Shown piece by piece: positions 58,744 to 59,239 of a stretch of DNA of 59,239 nt. A model generated the notes under the pieces. It ran no database searches. It was not told where the DNA came from and saw nothing but the letters and a program-made list of their open reading frames with translations. Positions within the stretch are counted from its first letter, which is position 1. Each line of letters begins with the position of its first letter. This DNA is from Prevotellaceae bacterium (GTDB lineage: Bacteria > Bacteroidota > Bacteroidia > Bacteroidales > UBA932), in the NCBI GenBank assembly GCA_031267135.1, contig JAIRZQ010000165.1, forward strand, positions 1 to 59,239, given 5' to 3'. The position numbers were made by a program, and so were the translations under genes.

Positions 58744-59239
58744 GTGAAGCGAATTTTAACATCTATAACCCTTGCCGACAGCAAAAAAGACGAACATGCC
58801 GCTGCATTATCCGGAATTACCGGCGGCTGCACATGGATGATTACCGGTACGCACGATAATTACACTCTCGCAATAAGCGGCAATGGCGTCATGGAAGACC
58901 ATACTCACAACAATCTCGCGCATGGCATGAAAAATGCTGCCGCGGACTCAAAACACTTTATACACAACGGGGTAACTGCTATTGGCAATTATGCTTTTTA
59001 CGGTTGCAGCGGACTGAATGGCGTTATCATTGGCAAGTCGGTAACTGCTATCGGCGACCTGTCTTTTGCATATTGCAGGAGCTTAACCGCCGTAACCAAC
59101 TTAAACCCGAAGCCGCAAAGCATAAACAGTTCTGTTTTTGAGTATGTTGACACAGGCAACATTGTTTTAATCGTACCGGCAGGCGCAGTGGATGATTACA
59201 AAGCTGCACCTGTATGGAGTGGATTTGGAAACATAGAAG
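58744..59239 (+). CDS. BspA-type leucine-rich-repeat protein (partial, runs off the window; no signal peptide visible)
   Basis: This ORF is not in the track. Hand translation from GTG 58744 gives ...GITGGCTWMITGTHDNYTLAISGNGVMEDH...VTAIGNYAFYGCSGLNGVIIGKSVTAIGDLSFAYCRSLTAV...VPAGAVDDYKAAPVWSGF. The frame opens after a TAG at 58717. Confidence 0.6.
   Translation, partial: MKRILTSITLADSKKDEHAAALSGITGGCTWMITGTHDNYTLAISGNGVMEDHTHNNLAHGMKNAAADSKHFIHNGVTAIGNYAFYGCSGLNGVIIGKSVTAIGDLSFAYCRSLTAVTNLNPKPQSINSSVFEYVDTGNIVLIVPAGAVDDYKAAPVWSGFGNIE

Overview
This is a chromosomal segment from a Bacteroidota-type genome. The indicators are a fused lpxC/fabZ, T9SS type-B C-terminal sorting domains, a TAnnTTTG-style promoter and weak Shine-Dalgarno usage.

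Most of the window is conserved housekeeping sequence:
- Two secreted or T9SS-type proteins.
- waaA, lpxA and lpxC-fabZ.
- The classical block tRNA-Thr/Tyr/Gly/Thr, tuf, tRNA-Trp, secE, nusG, rplK, rplA, rplJ, rplL, rpoB, rpoC, all on the minus strand.
- An AsmA-like protein, ppiD, purD and a polytopic membrane protein.
- lepA, aspS and pheT.

Three accessory regions stand out.

1. About 35.7-49.0 kb is a strongly AT-rich island holding two tandem, divergent cassettes. Each cassette has a 62-aa peptide with a leader ending in LKIKGG or GKIKGG, a radical-SAM/SPASM enzyme, a long standalone YcaO protein and a TonB-receptor-like outer-membrane barrel. Each is preceded by a near-identical XRE-like HTH gene plus promoter and leader module. 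In the second cassette the HTH gene and the radical-SAM gene are disrupted. I consider this the candidate novel RiPP-like system. No leader peptidase or ABC exporter, E1/ThiF-like partner, TfuA or dehydrogenase is present.

2. 49.1-54.7 kb is an ordinary RND efflux operon (adaptor, pump, TolC-like).

3. About 54.9-58.3 kb is a visibly GC-rich four-gene envelope lipoprotein operon. It ends in a fusion of an LpoB/CsgG-like domain to an FGE-sulfatase (SUMF1) domain, and it carries two apparent frameshifts.

Other noncoding observations:
- An array of six 14-bp palindromes with a period of about 22 bp, upstream of lepA.
- A 272-bp segment bounded by inverted repeats, plus a 48-bp relic of the ycaO-1 3' end, at the island edge.
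- A cluster of nested palindromic repeats at 58.4-58.7 kb.

All functional calls come from reading the translations for motifs. No database search was possible.
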